IMG/VR virus record: IMGVR_UViG_3300021090_000723
Location: 40,904 to 104,903 of that record
DNA: 64,000 nucleotides
From: a virus
Direction: 5' to 3' (one strand)
Part shown: positions 34,368-43,266 of the stretch, one piece after another
Layout: each line of letters opens with the position of its first letter
Numbering within the stretch: position 1 is the first letter of the stretch
Notes under the pieces: model-generated
The model's database searches: none
Seen by the model: the letters and a program-made list of their open reading frames with translations, nothing else
What the model was told of the DNA's origin: nothing
Program-made: the position numbers and the translations under genes

Positions 34368-34607
34368 TCATAGTCCGAGCTTACGCAAACCCTCGTTCAC
34401 CTGGTGGGCCCAGGCCTGCCAGGTCGCGAAGCCCGTCGGGTCTGGGATACCCAGGCCGGAGAGCGCCGGGACCGTCAACAGGCTGCGCCCAAAGGCCTCC
34501 CAGTCCTCTTCGCGGGGCTCCACCGGCACGTTGCCGATCGCGGCAATGTCGAAGGCCGTGTAAGTGCCCCATTCCTCGAACGTCAGGCCTCGTGGATCGT
34601 AGGGCAT
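34368..34607 (-). CDS. Small Trp-rich virion-associated protein
   Basis: DPRG..W...PDP.GF.TWQ.WA; follows the tail hub gene. Confidence 0.7.
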   Translation of the reverse strand: MPYDPRGLTFEEWGTYTAFDIAAIGNVPVEPREEDWEAFGRSLLTVPALSGLGIPDPTGFATWQAWAHQVNEGLRKLGL

Positions 34608-35204
34608 CTACTCTTCGGTGAAGTCTGAGAGCGGCGTGGACGGGATGGTCAGCGGCGGGTCGACTGGGATCGCGGTCCGGTCTGGCGGCGTGCTGAGCGG
34701 CTTGCCGGTGCCTCCCGACATCTTCTGATCGCCCGCCTCCACATGGAGCACATTGCGGCCGAAGATGTAATCGCCGTTCATCGTGTTGGACTCGAAGATC
34801 ACGCGCAGATACCGACGCGACATCTTCAAGCCCACCAGCTGCTCGTCCGAGTTGGCCGGGTCGGCCTTGAGGATCGCCGCATCGGTCGGGATATCCGATG
34901 CGCGCGGGTTGAAGCCGCCCGAGCCGATGATGGCTATGTCACCCTGCTGGATAATGTCGGCCTCGAGCAGCCCGGCGCTGACCCCGTGCGAGTCGGGAGG
35001 GTTCGCCATTGGTCCCCCGAAAAATGGCGTCGACACATAGGCGCGGATCGGCGTTGCGCCTTCGCGGGTGATCTTGTTCTTGCCCAGTGTCTCATGCAAC
35101 CACAGCTGATACTGGTTCGAGCTTGGCGGCGTAGGTCCGCTAGTCTCGTAGATGAACACGATCACGCCCTGACCGCCGATTCCGCTCTCAGCCATCACTG
35201 CCAC
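34608..35204 (-). CDS. C-terminal part of the tail hub/DNA-stabilisation (P22 gp10-like) protein
   Basis: YQLWLHE..RRYLRVIFESN..GDY.FGR; in frame directly after a TAG. Confidence 0.65.
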   Translation of the reverse strand: MAVMAESGIGGQGVIVFIYETSGPTPPSSNQYQLWLHETLGKNKITREGATPIRAYVSTPFFGGPMANPPDSHGVSAGLLEADIIQQGDIAIIGSGGFNPRASDIPTDAAILKADPANSDEQLVGLKMSRRYLRVIFESNTMNGDYIFGRNVLHVEAGDQKMSGGTGKPLSTPPDRTAIPVDPPLTIPSTPLSDFTEE

Positions 35205-36188
35205 CTACTGGATATCAACGAACCCGGCCCCTGCGCCGCCACCGTAGAGACCGCCGCCGCCGCCCAAGCCATCGAAGGCAAGGGGGAGACCGCCGCCACC
35301 ACCACCACCACCACCACCCGGGCCAGCCCATTCAAGTGTCTCGCTGTCCTGCCAGGTCTGGCCATCGCCGCCGTGGCCGCCGTCGACCTCGCCAACAGGT
35401 GCTTCGACCGCCGGGCTCCCGCCGCGTCCGCCGCCACCGAGCGTTCCGTTCGGGGCATCAGGACTGAGCGTTCCACCGCCGACACCTTCGCTGTTATTGC
35501 CGCCATCGCCGGCTAAAGCATACTGGCCGGTGAGAAGAGTGGCATCGATCTGGCCATCGCCGCGGAAACTAGGCCAGCCGACGCCGTCGGGGTCCACGAT
35601 CGCGCCCCCACCGCCGCCTTGGGCCCTGCCTAAGTTGACGGGGTTAGCCTGGATCGCAAATCCGGCACATCCGGAATCGAGGGGGTTGGGGCTGTCGACA
35701 AACTTGCGTGTTCCGCCCGCAGCGCCACCCGACAATTCCTGGTTCTCACCACCCCAGCTTACGCGCCCATCATTTGGGAGCGGCGCATGGAAGGTTTTGC
35801 CGCCACCTGTGTCTGGGCACGGCACAGGCACGGTGGTCGGGTTGAAGCCGATCCCCCAGCCGACATAGCCTGGAGGGGCAAGGATCATGAGGGCACCGTC
35901 AGCGTCCTCCATCCAGGTCTCGGCCACCGCCAAATCGGCCACGTCCTGGTCGTAGGGTTGCCCGATCTGCAAATTGACCAACGCACCCGCCTGGAGATTG
36001 AAGCCCGCTGCGTCAGCGCCCGTGATGCCGATATAGGCTCCGCCAAAGCCGCCGTGGCCGTTATCGACACCGTTGCCGTCCAGGCCGTTCCCACCCGCGC
36101 TGATCGCGTGGATGGCGACCAGGGAACTGAAATCGGATGGGATCTCGAATTCAGTACCAGCGGTGATGATGAGTATCTTCTGGGCCAC
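35205..36188 (-). CDS. Glycine-rich domain protein inserted in the tail hub locus
   Basis: AAGGA SD and GTG start; paralogous to 44651-45529; more A/T at third codon positions. Confidence 0.7.
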   Translation of the reverse strand: MAQKILIITAGTEFEIPSDFSSLVAIHAISAGGNGLDGNGVDNGHGGFGGAYIGITGADAAGFNLQAGALVNLQIGQPYDQDVADLAVAETWMEDADGALMILAPPGYVGWGIGFNPTTVPVPCPDTGGGKTFHAPLPNDGRVSWGGENQELSGGAAGGTRKFVDSPNPLDSGCAGFAIQANPVNLGRAQGGGGGAIVDPDGVGWPSFRGDGQIDATLLTGQYALAGDGGNNSEGVGGGTLSPDAPNGTLGGGGRGGSPAVEAPVGEVDGGHGGDGQTWQDSETLEWAGPGGGGGGGGGGLPLAFDGLGGGGGLYGGGAGAGFVDIQ

Positions 36189-36205
36189 AGCAAGATGATC
36201 CTTCT

Positions 36206-37381
36206 TTATGGCGTGGGCGGAGCCATGTTCTCGACGCCGGTCATGATCGGGAAGCGGAAACCTTGGGCAAAATGTCCCGCCGAGCGACCGCCCTCGGGCA
36301 GCACCGTGTCGTACCAGCACTTCTCGCGGATGTTGTAGATGGCTGCGTGGCTCGGCTCGGTCGCGCCGAAAAGCGGTGCGCAGAACCAAATCTCGCCGTA
36401 GCGCGGGACCTTGAACGCGAACGATTTGCCCGCGTAGCTCGGGTTCAAGTTGTCGAAGAACCAGTCGGCGTTGAAGCTGTTCGGGATCTCCACCACCGTC
36501 CCGTTGAACATCAGGAAGCGATCGACGCCCGCCCAATAGTAGAGCCCGTCGTTCTCGATGACGGTGGCACCTGCCAGGATCGAGGACGACGGCGAGGCGG
36601 TGTTGAATCGGAACCACTCGGGCGGGCCGGTGAAGTTCGCGGACACGACCTCTGACAGCGACCAGAAGAGCGCAGCCGGCGAATTGGCGCCGCCGCCGCG
36701 CAGCGGCATGCCCGCCACGAACTTCTGGGCGGAGACGCGCGCGATGCCTGCGCCGATCGTGCCTCCCGAGATTCCAAGCGTGGTCGGGATGTTGGGCGCT
36801 GACCAGCCAATGCGACCGTCGCTGTCGAACGAGAACAGGAACGGCTGGACGCACACGATTCCGCCCGCGACCTGGGGCTTGGTGTAGTTGCCGCCGAAGG
36901 TGCTGGACGGGTTGCCAAGCTGCTTCAGCGGCTCGGTATCGTCCATGAGCCCGATGAAGGGCGGCGTGCGGACGTTGGTAGGAACCACGCCCACGTTCGG
37001 CGTGGAGTGCGCGATGATCTGCACGGCCTCGCTCGTGGTGTCGAAGAGTGCGTCGATGGTCCAGCCTGGCTCGATGCCGCCGATGAAGTTCGCTGGCGTG
37101 CGGTCCACGCGGCTGATGAAATTGCCTTCTAAGTCGAAGACGACCTTGTCGATGCCGTGGCTGTGCCCGATATGCCCAAAGACCTCGCGGCCCTGGTAGA
37201 ACATATGGATGCGGCGGCCGATGCCCCCGATCCCGTCCGTGATGGTCCGGTAGCCGCCCATCTTGCGCGGCCGCCCGTTGCGCCAGCGCGTCCACTGGGC
37301 ATCGACCGAGCACTTGGAGTCCACGCGCGTCCCATCGCGTTGCACTCCGGGCTGGAAATCAAGCGGGTATGGTCGGCTCAT
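36206..37381 (-). CDS. N-terminal part of the tail hub/DNA-stabilisation (P22 gp10-like) protein
   Basis: PGVQRDGT..W.RW..GRPRKMGGY; FFDNLN..EIWF..IYN.RE..WYD beta-propeller pattern. Confidence 0.75.
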   Translation of the reverse strand: MSRPYPLDFQPGVQRDGTRVDSKCSVDAQWTRWRNGRPRKMGGYRTITDGIGGIGRRIHMFYQGREVFGHIGHSHGIDKVVFDLEGNFISRVDRTPANFIGGIEPGWTIDALFDTTSEAVQIIAHSTPNVGVVPTNVRTPPFIGLMDDTEPLKQLGNPSSTFGGNYTKPQVAGGIVCVQPFLFSFDSDGRIGWSAPNIPTTLGISGGTIGAGIARVSAQKFVAGMPLRGGGANSPAALFWSLSEVVSANFTGPPEWFRFNTASPSSSILAGATVIENDGLYYWAGVDRFLMFNGTVVEIPNSFNADWFFDNLNPSYAGKSFAFKVPRYGEIWFCAPLFGATEPSHAAIYNIREKCWYDTVLPEGGRSAGHFAQGFRFPIMTGVENMAPPTP

Positions 37382-39921
37382 AGGTTGTCCGTCCAGCCGT
37401 AGCACATCAGTGCGTTGTTCGCGCCTTGCGATGCCCAGTAGAGGTCGCCCGATTCGAGCATGAACGTGACTGTGTCGGTGACCGTGTTGGACGAACCCGG
37501 GCTCGCCAGGTCGATCTGCGGAGCGCCCAGTGGGTTGGAGAACGCGCCGCCATAGGTGCTGTTCGGCGCGACGATCACAAGCCCGTTGGTCCCGGTGGCC
37601 TGGGCAACAACGGTGACCTCACTCGCGGTCGGAGGCGCGAAGTTGGACGTCGACACCGGTATCCAGTTCGGGATGGAGATCGAGCCCGCATCGCCGGTCG
37701 CCATGGCTTGCAGCGCTTCGGTGTACCGCCCCTGTCGGCCGTATTGCAGGGTGCGCCGGAATTGAGCAGATCCGTTTGTCCGCACCGCGCCGACGCGGCC
37801 GAAGAACGTGTAGCCGGCGGGAAGTGTGGGCGTGGAGAAGTTGGTCGAGATCAGGCCCGCCGTCGTGGTCCCGTCCGAGATCACGTAGACCGCGTACCAG
37901 GTGTTGTTGCCGAGCGAGCCAGCGTCCAGACCATTGGGCACGCCCACGGCGAGCCCGTTGATGGTGACCGCGACGTTCGTCCGGATCAGCACCGGGCTTC
38001 CGCTCACCGGGGCAACGCCCACCGATTCCGCGCTGACATCGATCTGGGATGCGGGCGTGCCGGAGTTGTTCGCGACCCGCAGGCGTGTGAACGAGCTCCG
38101 CGCGCCGCCGCCACCACCGGTCGAGCCAGCGAAGGCCGGATTCATAAATTCCCAGCGGGTGTTGGCGAAGTCGTAGCGCAGGATCGCCTCGTACCCAGCA
38201 GCGGCAATGTCGCCCACCACAAGCGGCTGGCCGCCCAGCTTCACGATGGGATTCGCGGTGAGCGCGTTCGGCTGGAACGTCGGGGCGACGACGGTGTTGG
38301 CGCCGATTGCTCGGAAGCTCAGGAGCAGGCCATCGGTCAGAGCCGCGATGGCGGGGCTGTAGGCGCCGCTGATGACGTCTGGTGTGCCGCCCGCGATGAC
38401 CCAAGGGATGCCGCCGCCAGCGCCGCCGCCTGACGCCGGATTCATAAGCTCCCAGCGGGTGTTGGCCAGGTTGTAGCGCAGGATCGCTTCGAAGCCAGCG
38501 CCCGAGATATCGCCCGCTGCGAGCGCGATGCCGCCCAGCTTGGTGATGACTTGCGCGCCCAGCACATTGGGATTGAACGTGGGCGTGGCCGTGACGTTCG
38601 CTGAGATCGCCCGGAAATACAGCAGCAGGCCGTCCACCAGCGCGGCAACAGGCGGGTCGTAGGTCGCCGTGATGGCATCCGGCGTGCCGCCCGCGACTAC
38701 CCAAACGCCTGCGGAATTGTCGAGAAAGAAGGTCCACCAGGTGCCGTTCGGCGATGCGCCATCGGTCACGATCAGCGCGGACGCACCTTGCTTGATGACC
38801 AGCGGCGCGGCGAGCGCCCCGGTGTTGATCTGGTCAGCAGCCGGCGGCTGAATCGTCACATCGCCGCCCTGGGCGAGCACACCGATGAAGTAGTCGGCGC
38901 CGACCGTTCCGGCCTCGGGCAGGTTGATGGTCAGCGCGGCCGTGGCGACATACATCGTGCCGGCGTTGGTATCGTCGAGGGTCTGGTCCGTCGCGACCGT
39001 GCTTTCAACCAGCAGGCTTTGCTGGATGCCGAGCAGCGTCAGGACCGCGGCGGCCGACGGTGCGGTGAAGATCGCAATGCCGATGGCCGTTCCGCCGAAG
39101 TTCGTCAGCGCGCCCAGCGCCGTGGTGGCGCCGGTGCCACCGGCCGAGATCGGGACCGGGATGGGCTGCGCGCCGAAGACGTGGAAGCCCGTCGATGAGG
39201 CGACGATGATCGCGGTGTAGCGCAGATCCGTGGTCGCGGGCGGGAGCGTGAACGACGGCAGGCCCTGGTTGATCGTGTCAGCGCCGGAGGCGTCGATGGT
39301 CAGAACGCCGTCGGATTCGTTGGTGACCATCGCCCACCAGCCGGGCTTGAGCGTGCTCGAGGTCCCATCCCCGATAGCTGAAAGCTGGAAGGTGTGATCG
39401 TTCGGACCAGTGAGCACCGCGGCGTTGGCGCGGTGCGTCTCGGTCAGCGTCAGGTCCTCGTCAGCTGCGAAGACGGTGGCGATCTTGGACCGGAGCAGCG
39501 TGAGGTTCGCTTCGAGCCCCGCGCCAGCGAGCGCGCCGGCTTGCGCGTCCGACGTCATGGCGCCCAGCTGCACCACGCGCCACAGGCCCGCCTGCGTCGT
39601 GTTGTCGGTCAGCAGGATGACCCAGGCGGTGCCCGGATCGACCATCGTGATCTGCGCGCCGGAGTTGTCCTGAAGCTCGAAGGAGTCCGTGCCGATGTTC
39701 GCGATGATGAGCGAGATACCGGTTGCGGCCTGGCGCGCATCGGGCATGCGGATGAAGTCGCAGTCCGTCGAGTCCACGTCGATCCAGTCGGCCACATAGG
39801 GCACGCCGGACTGGCTCTCGGTCGGCCAGACCAGCGTCACATCGCCCGTCGGCTCGATGAGTTCGTACTCGGGGAAGGCTGAACGCTGGGCAAGTCCCGA
39901 GAAGAGGTTCTGCCAACTCAT
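37378..39921 (-). CDS. Tail fibre / tail-associated protein with a tandem ~95-aa repeat
   Basis: T/G/A-rich beta sequence; duplicated AGGTPD..ILRY..NTRWE.MNPA module. Confidence 0.78.
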   Translation of the reverse strand: MSWQNLFSGLAQRSAFPEYELIEPTGDVTLVWPTESQSGVPYVADWIDVDSTDCDFIRMPDARQAATGISLIIANIGTDSFELQDNSGAQITMVDPGTAWVILLTDNTTQAGLWRVVQLGAMTSDAQAGALAGAGLEANLTLLRSKIATVFAADEDLTLTETHRANAAVLTGPNDHTFQLSAIGDGTSSTLKPGWWAMVTNESDGVLTIDASGADTINQGLPSFTLPPATTDLRYTAIIVASSTGFHVFGAQPIPVPISAGGTGATTALGALTNFGGTAIGIAIFTAPSAAAVLTLLGIQQSLLVESTVATDQTLDDTNAGTMYVATAALTINLPEAGTVGADYFIGVLAQGGDVTIQPPAADQINTGALAAPLVIKQGASALIVTDGASPNGTWWTFFLDNSAGVWVVAGGTPDAITATYDPPVAALVDGLLLYFRAISANVTATPTFNPNVLGAQVITKLGGIALAAGDISGAGFEAILRYNLANTRWELMNPASGGGAGGGIPWVIAGGTPDVISGAYSPAIAALTDGLLLSFRAIGANTVVAPTFQPNALTANPIVKLGGQPLVVGDIAAAGYEAILRYDFANTRWEFMNPAFAGSTGGGGGARSSFTRLRVANNSGTPASQIDVSAESVGVAPVSGSPVLIRTNVAVTINGLAVGVPNGLDAGSLGNNTWYAVYVISDGTTTAGLISTNFSTPTLPAGYTFFGRVGAVRTNGSAQFRRTLQYGRQGRYTEALQAMATGDAGSISIPNWIPVSTSNFAPPTASEVTVVAQATGTNGLVIVAPNSTYGGAFSNPLGAPQIDLASPGSSNTVTDTVTFMLESGDLYWASQGANNALMCYGWTDNL

Positions 39922-40577
39922 GGCTTGGTCCTTTCAACCGCGCGATCGAGGATGCGCTGGAGATCCTGGCCGTTCAGAAGCCCAAGGGCCTCGTTGAACT
40001 TCTTCTCCCAGACCGGGATTCGCTCATCGTTCTTGAGGTACGGGGCGGCTTCGAGCAGCGCCCCATAGAGCAGCGCGTTGGGGGTGTAGATCGCGTAGAA
40101 GTTCGTTTCGTTCTGTTCGTCCAGCAGCTGCGGCTGCATGTAGAAGACGCCGAGCATCGGATAGGTCGCCTGGGGCGTCGGCACGATCAGGTAGTGCTGA
40201 TAGTCGTAGTCCGCGTAGAACTCCGGCACGCCGACCGCCGTCTGGTCGGGCCAATACATCTGGCAATACTCCAGCGAGCGCGGGAAAAGCGGGTTGAGCG
40301 TGTTGGCGCCCGTGCCCGTGCCGAACTTCAGCGAGACCGTCTGCCGCCACCGGTCGGGCTTGGTGATGATCGCCTGATTTATGACCAGGCCGGACAGGTC
40401 GCGCAGCACTTCGATCTGGCCGAGCAGCTTCAGCCGGTCGGAAATGTTGCGCTCGCTCGCGTTGATGAGACGCGGGATCTGGGCAAAGACCTCAGGGTCC
40501 GACGTGGCCGAGCCGCCGCGCTCCAGATACGTCTTCATGTCCGTCCGCAGACTGTTGAATGTGGTCGTTTCAGGCAT
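39918..40577 (-). CDS. Head-tail adaptor protein
   Basis: QIPRLIN..E..I; PTP..Y; ALLYGALLEAAPYLKNDERI.VW. Confidence 0.8.
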   Translation of the reverse strand: MPETTTFNSLRTDMKTYLERGGSATSDPEVFAQIPRLINASERNISDRLKLLGQIEVLRDLSGLVINQAIITKPDRWRQTVSLKFGTGTGANTLNPLFPRSLEYCQMYWPDQTAVGVPEFYADYDYQHYLIVPTPQATYPMLGVFYMQPQLLDEQNETNFYAIYTPNALLYGALLEAAPYLKNDERIPVWEKKFNEALGLLNGQDLQRILDRAVERTKP

Positions 40578-40584
40578 GGCTCAC

Positions 40585-40773
40585 CTACTTCAGCGCGATC
40601 GAGTCTTGGCTCGATCCGCCGATGGTCATCAGCTTGAGCGGCGGCGGCCGCTCGGGACGCGCCTCGAACTGCGCAAAGACGGCGGTGGGCAGCTGACGCC
40701 GCCTGAACAGGTGCGGCGGGTTCATCGTGCCGAACGGGCCTGCGGCGACGGCGTCTTCCGGGGGTGTGGCCAT
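40585..40773 (-). CDS. Small hypothetical protein
   Basis: TGATG coupling; fills the gap. Confidence 0.5.
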   Translation of the reverse strand: MATPPEDAVAAGPFGTMNPPHLFRRRQLPTAVFAQFEARPERPPPLKLMTIGGSSQDSIALK

Positions 40774-41279
40774 CAGGGCTCTCCAGCGGTGAAGTAGACG
40801 CCGGTCGCGCGCGGCCACTCGGGCGGGTCGTCTCCGCTCCACCCGTCCTCGAGGACCACGATCCACGGCTGGGGCAACGTCGTGTTCTCCGAGTTCGGGT
40901 CCTGCGGCACGATGGTGTCGCCCTTCCGGTAGAAGGTGCGCGGTTGCCACACGCGCGCGGGGCGCAGCTGCGTGATCGGCGCGCCACCCACGGCCGAGAC
41001 GTTGTTAACGATCGGGTTCAGCTGGTTCGTGCCGTAGAGGGGCGTCGGGCCCAGGTCGGCGATCCCCACGTCCGGGCGCGGATGGTCGAGGCTGATGTCC
41101 TCGGTCTGGCGCGCCGGCAGACGCCACGGGTCGAACTGATCCTTGTCGTCCTTGCAGACGAACAGGCCCGGGATGTTCGGGTCCTCTTCGAGTTCGTCGT
41201 AGGGGAATTTTTGCGAGCAGCGGCCGCAGATCGCGATTGCAATCTTGGTGCGTCCCCTTGTGTCGATAAATTTCGGCAT
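40773..41279 (-). CDS. Head-completion protein with a CxxC motif and a C-terminal CBM-like module
   Basis: AICGRC..VC...D..DP..PRPD; WQP.T.Y..GD. Confidence 0.65.
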   Translation of the reverse strand: MPKFIDTRGRTKIAIAICGRCSQKFPYDELEEDPNIPGLFVCKDDKDQFDPWRLPARQTEDISLDHPRPDVGIADLGPTPLYGTNQLNPIVNNVSAVGGAPITQLRPARVWQPRTFYRKGDTIVPQDPNSENTTLPQPWIVVLEDGWSGDDPPEWPRATGVYFTAGEP

Positions 41280-41282
41280 CGC

Positions 41283-42401
41283 TCACCTCGTGTAAGGCGA
41301 GATATCCGGCGTGATCCGGATCGGCGCCTTCGTGCGCTCTTCCGACCAAGCCAGCATCCGGGCTTCCTTGGCCCGGCGTTCGCACAGGTCCAGGCGCTGC
41401 TTGCGCTCCGCGAGCCTCAGCTGGGTCAGTTCGGGCGGATCGGCGAGCAGGATGTTGGCCGGGATCTCGGACATGATCTTCTCGGCCAAGGTCCACTGGA
41501 CGCACTCGATCCAGCGCCGCGGGATTTCCAGATCGTCCCGTAAAGTGCCTGGGTCCTGGATGTAGCGCCGGGTCAGGGCGGTGACCGTGCCCGCGTAGAA
41601 GGCCGAATTGTCCGGCACACCCCAGATTTTCAGGATCGGGCCATCGATGCCGTCGGTGATCTGGCGGTCCACATAGGCCACGACCGGCCGGTTGGACTGC
41701 TGGGCCTTGTTCGGCAGGGTGAAGTAGTCATCGATGTTCTCGACGCCGAGCGGGGTATCGATGCCGTTCGCCAGGCCGAACTGCATGTGGTTGATCGCGA
41801 TCGTGCCGATGCCGGTGTAGTTCACCCGCACGTACTGGGCCTGGGTGGAGGGATCGAGGTCGAAATACGCCCAATGCCCCGGGGTGAAGGTGGTTTCCGG
41901 AAGCAGCTGGCTGGTCGTCCAGGTGACCCCGTCCTCCGAGGTCTGGACCTGGAAGGCTGTCACCACGTCGACCGAGCCGCCCAGCAGGATACCGATGGTG
42001 TTCAGTATGCTGACCGTCGTGAAGTCGACCGAGACAAAGCTGGTGTTAACGTCGGGCCCATCCTCCGCTGCGAAGAGCGTCGAGTTCGGCCCGCCCGAGA
42101 CGGTGCACACCCCACGGTACGGGTTGAAGGACCGCCAATAGGACTGGAGCACGTCCACGACGCCGCGCGGGAAGATGACATTGGGCGACCCGGGCGTGAT
42201 GCCGAGCAGCAGGTATTGCCGCGTCCAAAGCGGGAAGCCTGCGTTGATGAGGTCGGTGCACAGCGAATAGAGCAGATCCAGGGCGATCGTCATGCCCTCG
42301 CTGGTGATCTTCTGGACCTCATAGCCCGCGCGCATGAAGGCGTGATCCATGATCTTGCGGATCGGATACGGGTGCGCGCTGACCGTGCCGGAGGTGGCCA
42401 T
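41283..42401 (-). CDS. Head-tail connector/adaptor with a discoidin-like insert
   Basis: MATSGT..AF.RAG..N.G.PLWT; QTSEDGVTW..QYVRV insert. Confidence 0.7.
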   Translation of the reverse strand: MATSGTVSAHPYPIRKIMDHAFMRAGYEVQKITSEGMTIALDLLYSLCTDLINAGFPLWTRQYLLLGITPGSPNVIFPRGVVDVLQSYWRSFNPYRGVCTVSGGPNSTLFAAEDGPDVNTSFVSVDFTTVSILNTIGILLGGSVDVVTAFQVQTSEDGVTWTTSQLLPETTFTPGHWAYFDLDPSTQAQYVRVNYTGIGTIAINHMQFGLANGIDTPLGVENIDDYFTLPNKAQQSNRPVVAYVDRQITDGIDGPILKIWGVPDNSAFYAGTVTALTRRYIQDPGTLRDDLEIPRRWIECVQWTLAEKIMSEIPANILLADPPELTQLRLAERKQRLDLCERRAKEARMLAWSEERTKAPIRITPDISPYTR

Positions 42402-42405
42402 CAGG

Positions 42406-42978
42406 TCACCATTTGCAGGACGGCTTGTCGACCGAGCCACCGTGCGAGAAGCGCTTCGGCAGCGCCTCGGCGGGCGTGGACGGCGGACGGCGGCCCTGCT
42501 CGCGGGCCTTCTCGCCGATCGCGCGCGCCTTCTGCCCCTCGGCCTCGAACTGATCGAGCCGCCGGTGGTGGCGCTCGGGCTGGGTCTGGACGCCACGGCG
42601 CCGGCCCTTCGGGTTCAGCACGCCTTTGCCTGGCGACGGCATTTCGTCCCAGGTCTCGTAGAAGTTGTCGATGTCCTCGGTGCGTTCGCGCGCGCTTTGC
42701 GGACCAGGCCGCACGGCTGCATCGCCGCGCGCCGAGATCATGTTCATCCGCTCTTGCGCCTCTTCGCGCAGATCGTCCTCGGTGCGGCTGACCGAGCCGC
42801 CCTTGGCCAGGTGCTGAAGCTTCTTCGTGCGCTCAGGGAGCCGCGACACCTTCTGGCCGTGCGATTCCTTCACGAACTTCTTGGCGACTTTCGGGCTGAT
42901 CTTCAGGCGCTCGGCGACCTCGGGGTCAGCCGCGGCGGCGTGCATAAAGCGGTTTTGTGCCTTGGAGCGCATGGGCAT
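42406..42978 (-). CDS. Basic internal head protein
   Basis: MP.RSKAQ.RFM.AAA; AKGGSV motifs. Confidence 0.65.
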   Translation of the reverse strand: MPMRSKAQNRFMHAAAADPEVAERLKISPKVAKKFVKESHGQKVSRLPERTKKLQHLAKGGSVSRTEDDLREEAQERMNMISARGDAAVRPGPQSARERTEDIDNFYETWDEMPSPGKGVLNPKGRRRGVQTQPERHHRRLDQFEAEGQKARAIGEKAREQGRRPPSTPAEALPKRFSHGGSVDKPSCKW

Positions 42979-42997
42979 TGGCTGATCTCCTGATTGC

Positions 42998-43040
42998 GAC
43001 CAGCCAGCGGGCAACGCGCCGACCCAGACTCACTGTAACA
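42998..43040 (-). promoter_or_regulatory. Extended -10 plus conserved 5' hairpin motif (copy 5)
   Basis: TGTTACAGT then GGGTCGGCGCGTTGCCCGCTGGCTGGTC. Confidence 0.65.
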
Positions 43041-43044
43041 CGGC

Positions 43045-43266
43045 TTAGTCGGTTGTGTCGTCCGCGCGCGGATGTTCGGTGATCGGCTCGGCGGGCAACG
43101 GCTCATCGGGCACATTCGGGTCGTTCTGAAGGCGCCCGATCTGTCGCGAAGCCTTACCCAGAAAGAACGCGACCGACGCGCAACCCTCGCCGCCATCGGC
43201 CTCGTACATGCGGGCCCACTCCTCGAGCGCGTGGCGGTGAGCCCGCATAATCTCCGGCGTCATCAA
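43045..43266 (-). CDS. Hypothetical protein
   Basis: 73-aa ORF coupled to the upstream stop. Confidence 0.55.
   Translation of the reverse strand: MMTPEIMRAHRHALEEWARMYEADGGEGCASVAFFLGKASRQIGRLQNDPNVPDEPLPAEPITEHPRADDTTD

Noticed and set aside
35205-35207. Genome-wide amber (TAG) recoding
   Set aside because: Other genes end normally at TAG (for example 4018, 26163, 44651), and no CTA-anticodon tRNA is present in the window.
36189-37313. N-terminal half of the 702-aa ORF, or a programmed frameshift from the hub into the Gly-rich domain
   Set aside because: Arg-rich off-frame shadow of the hub gene. A clear SD+GTG at 36188 explains the downstream gene, and I saw no slippery site.
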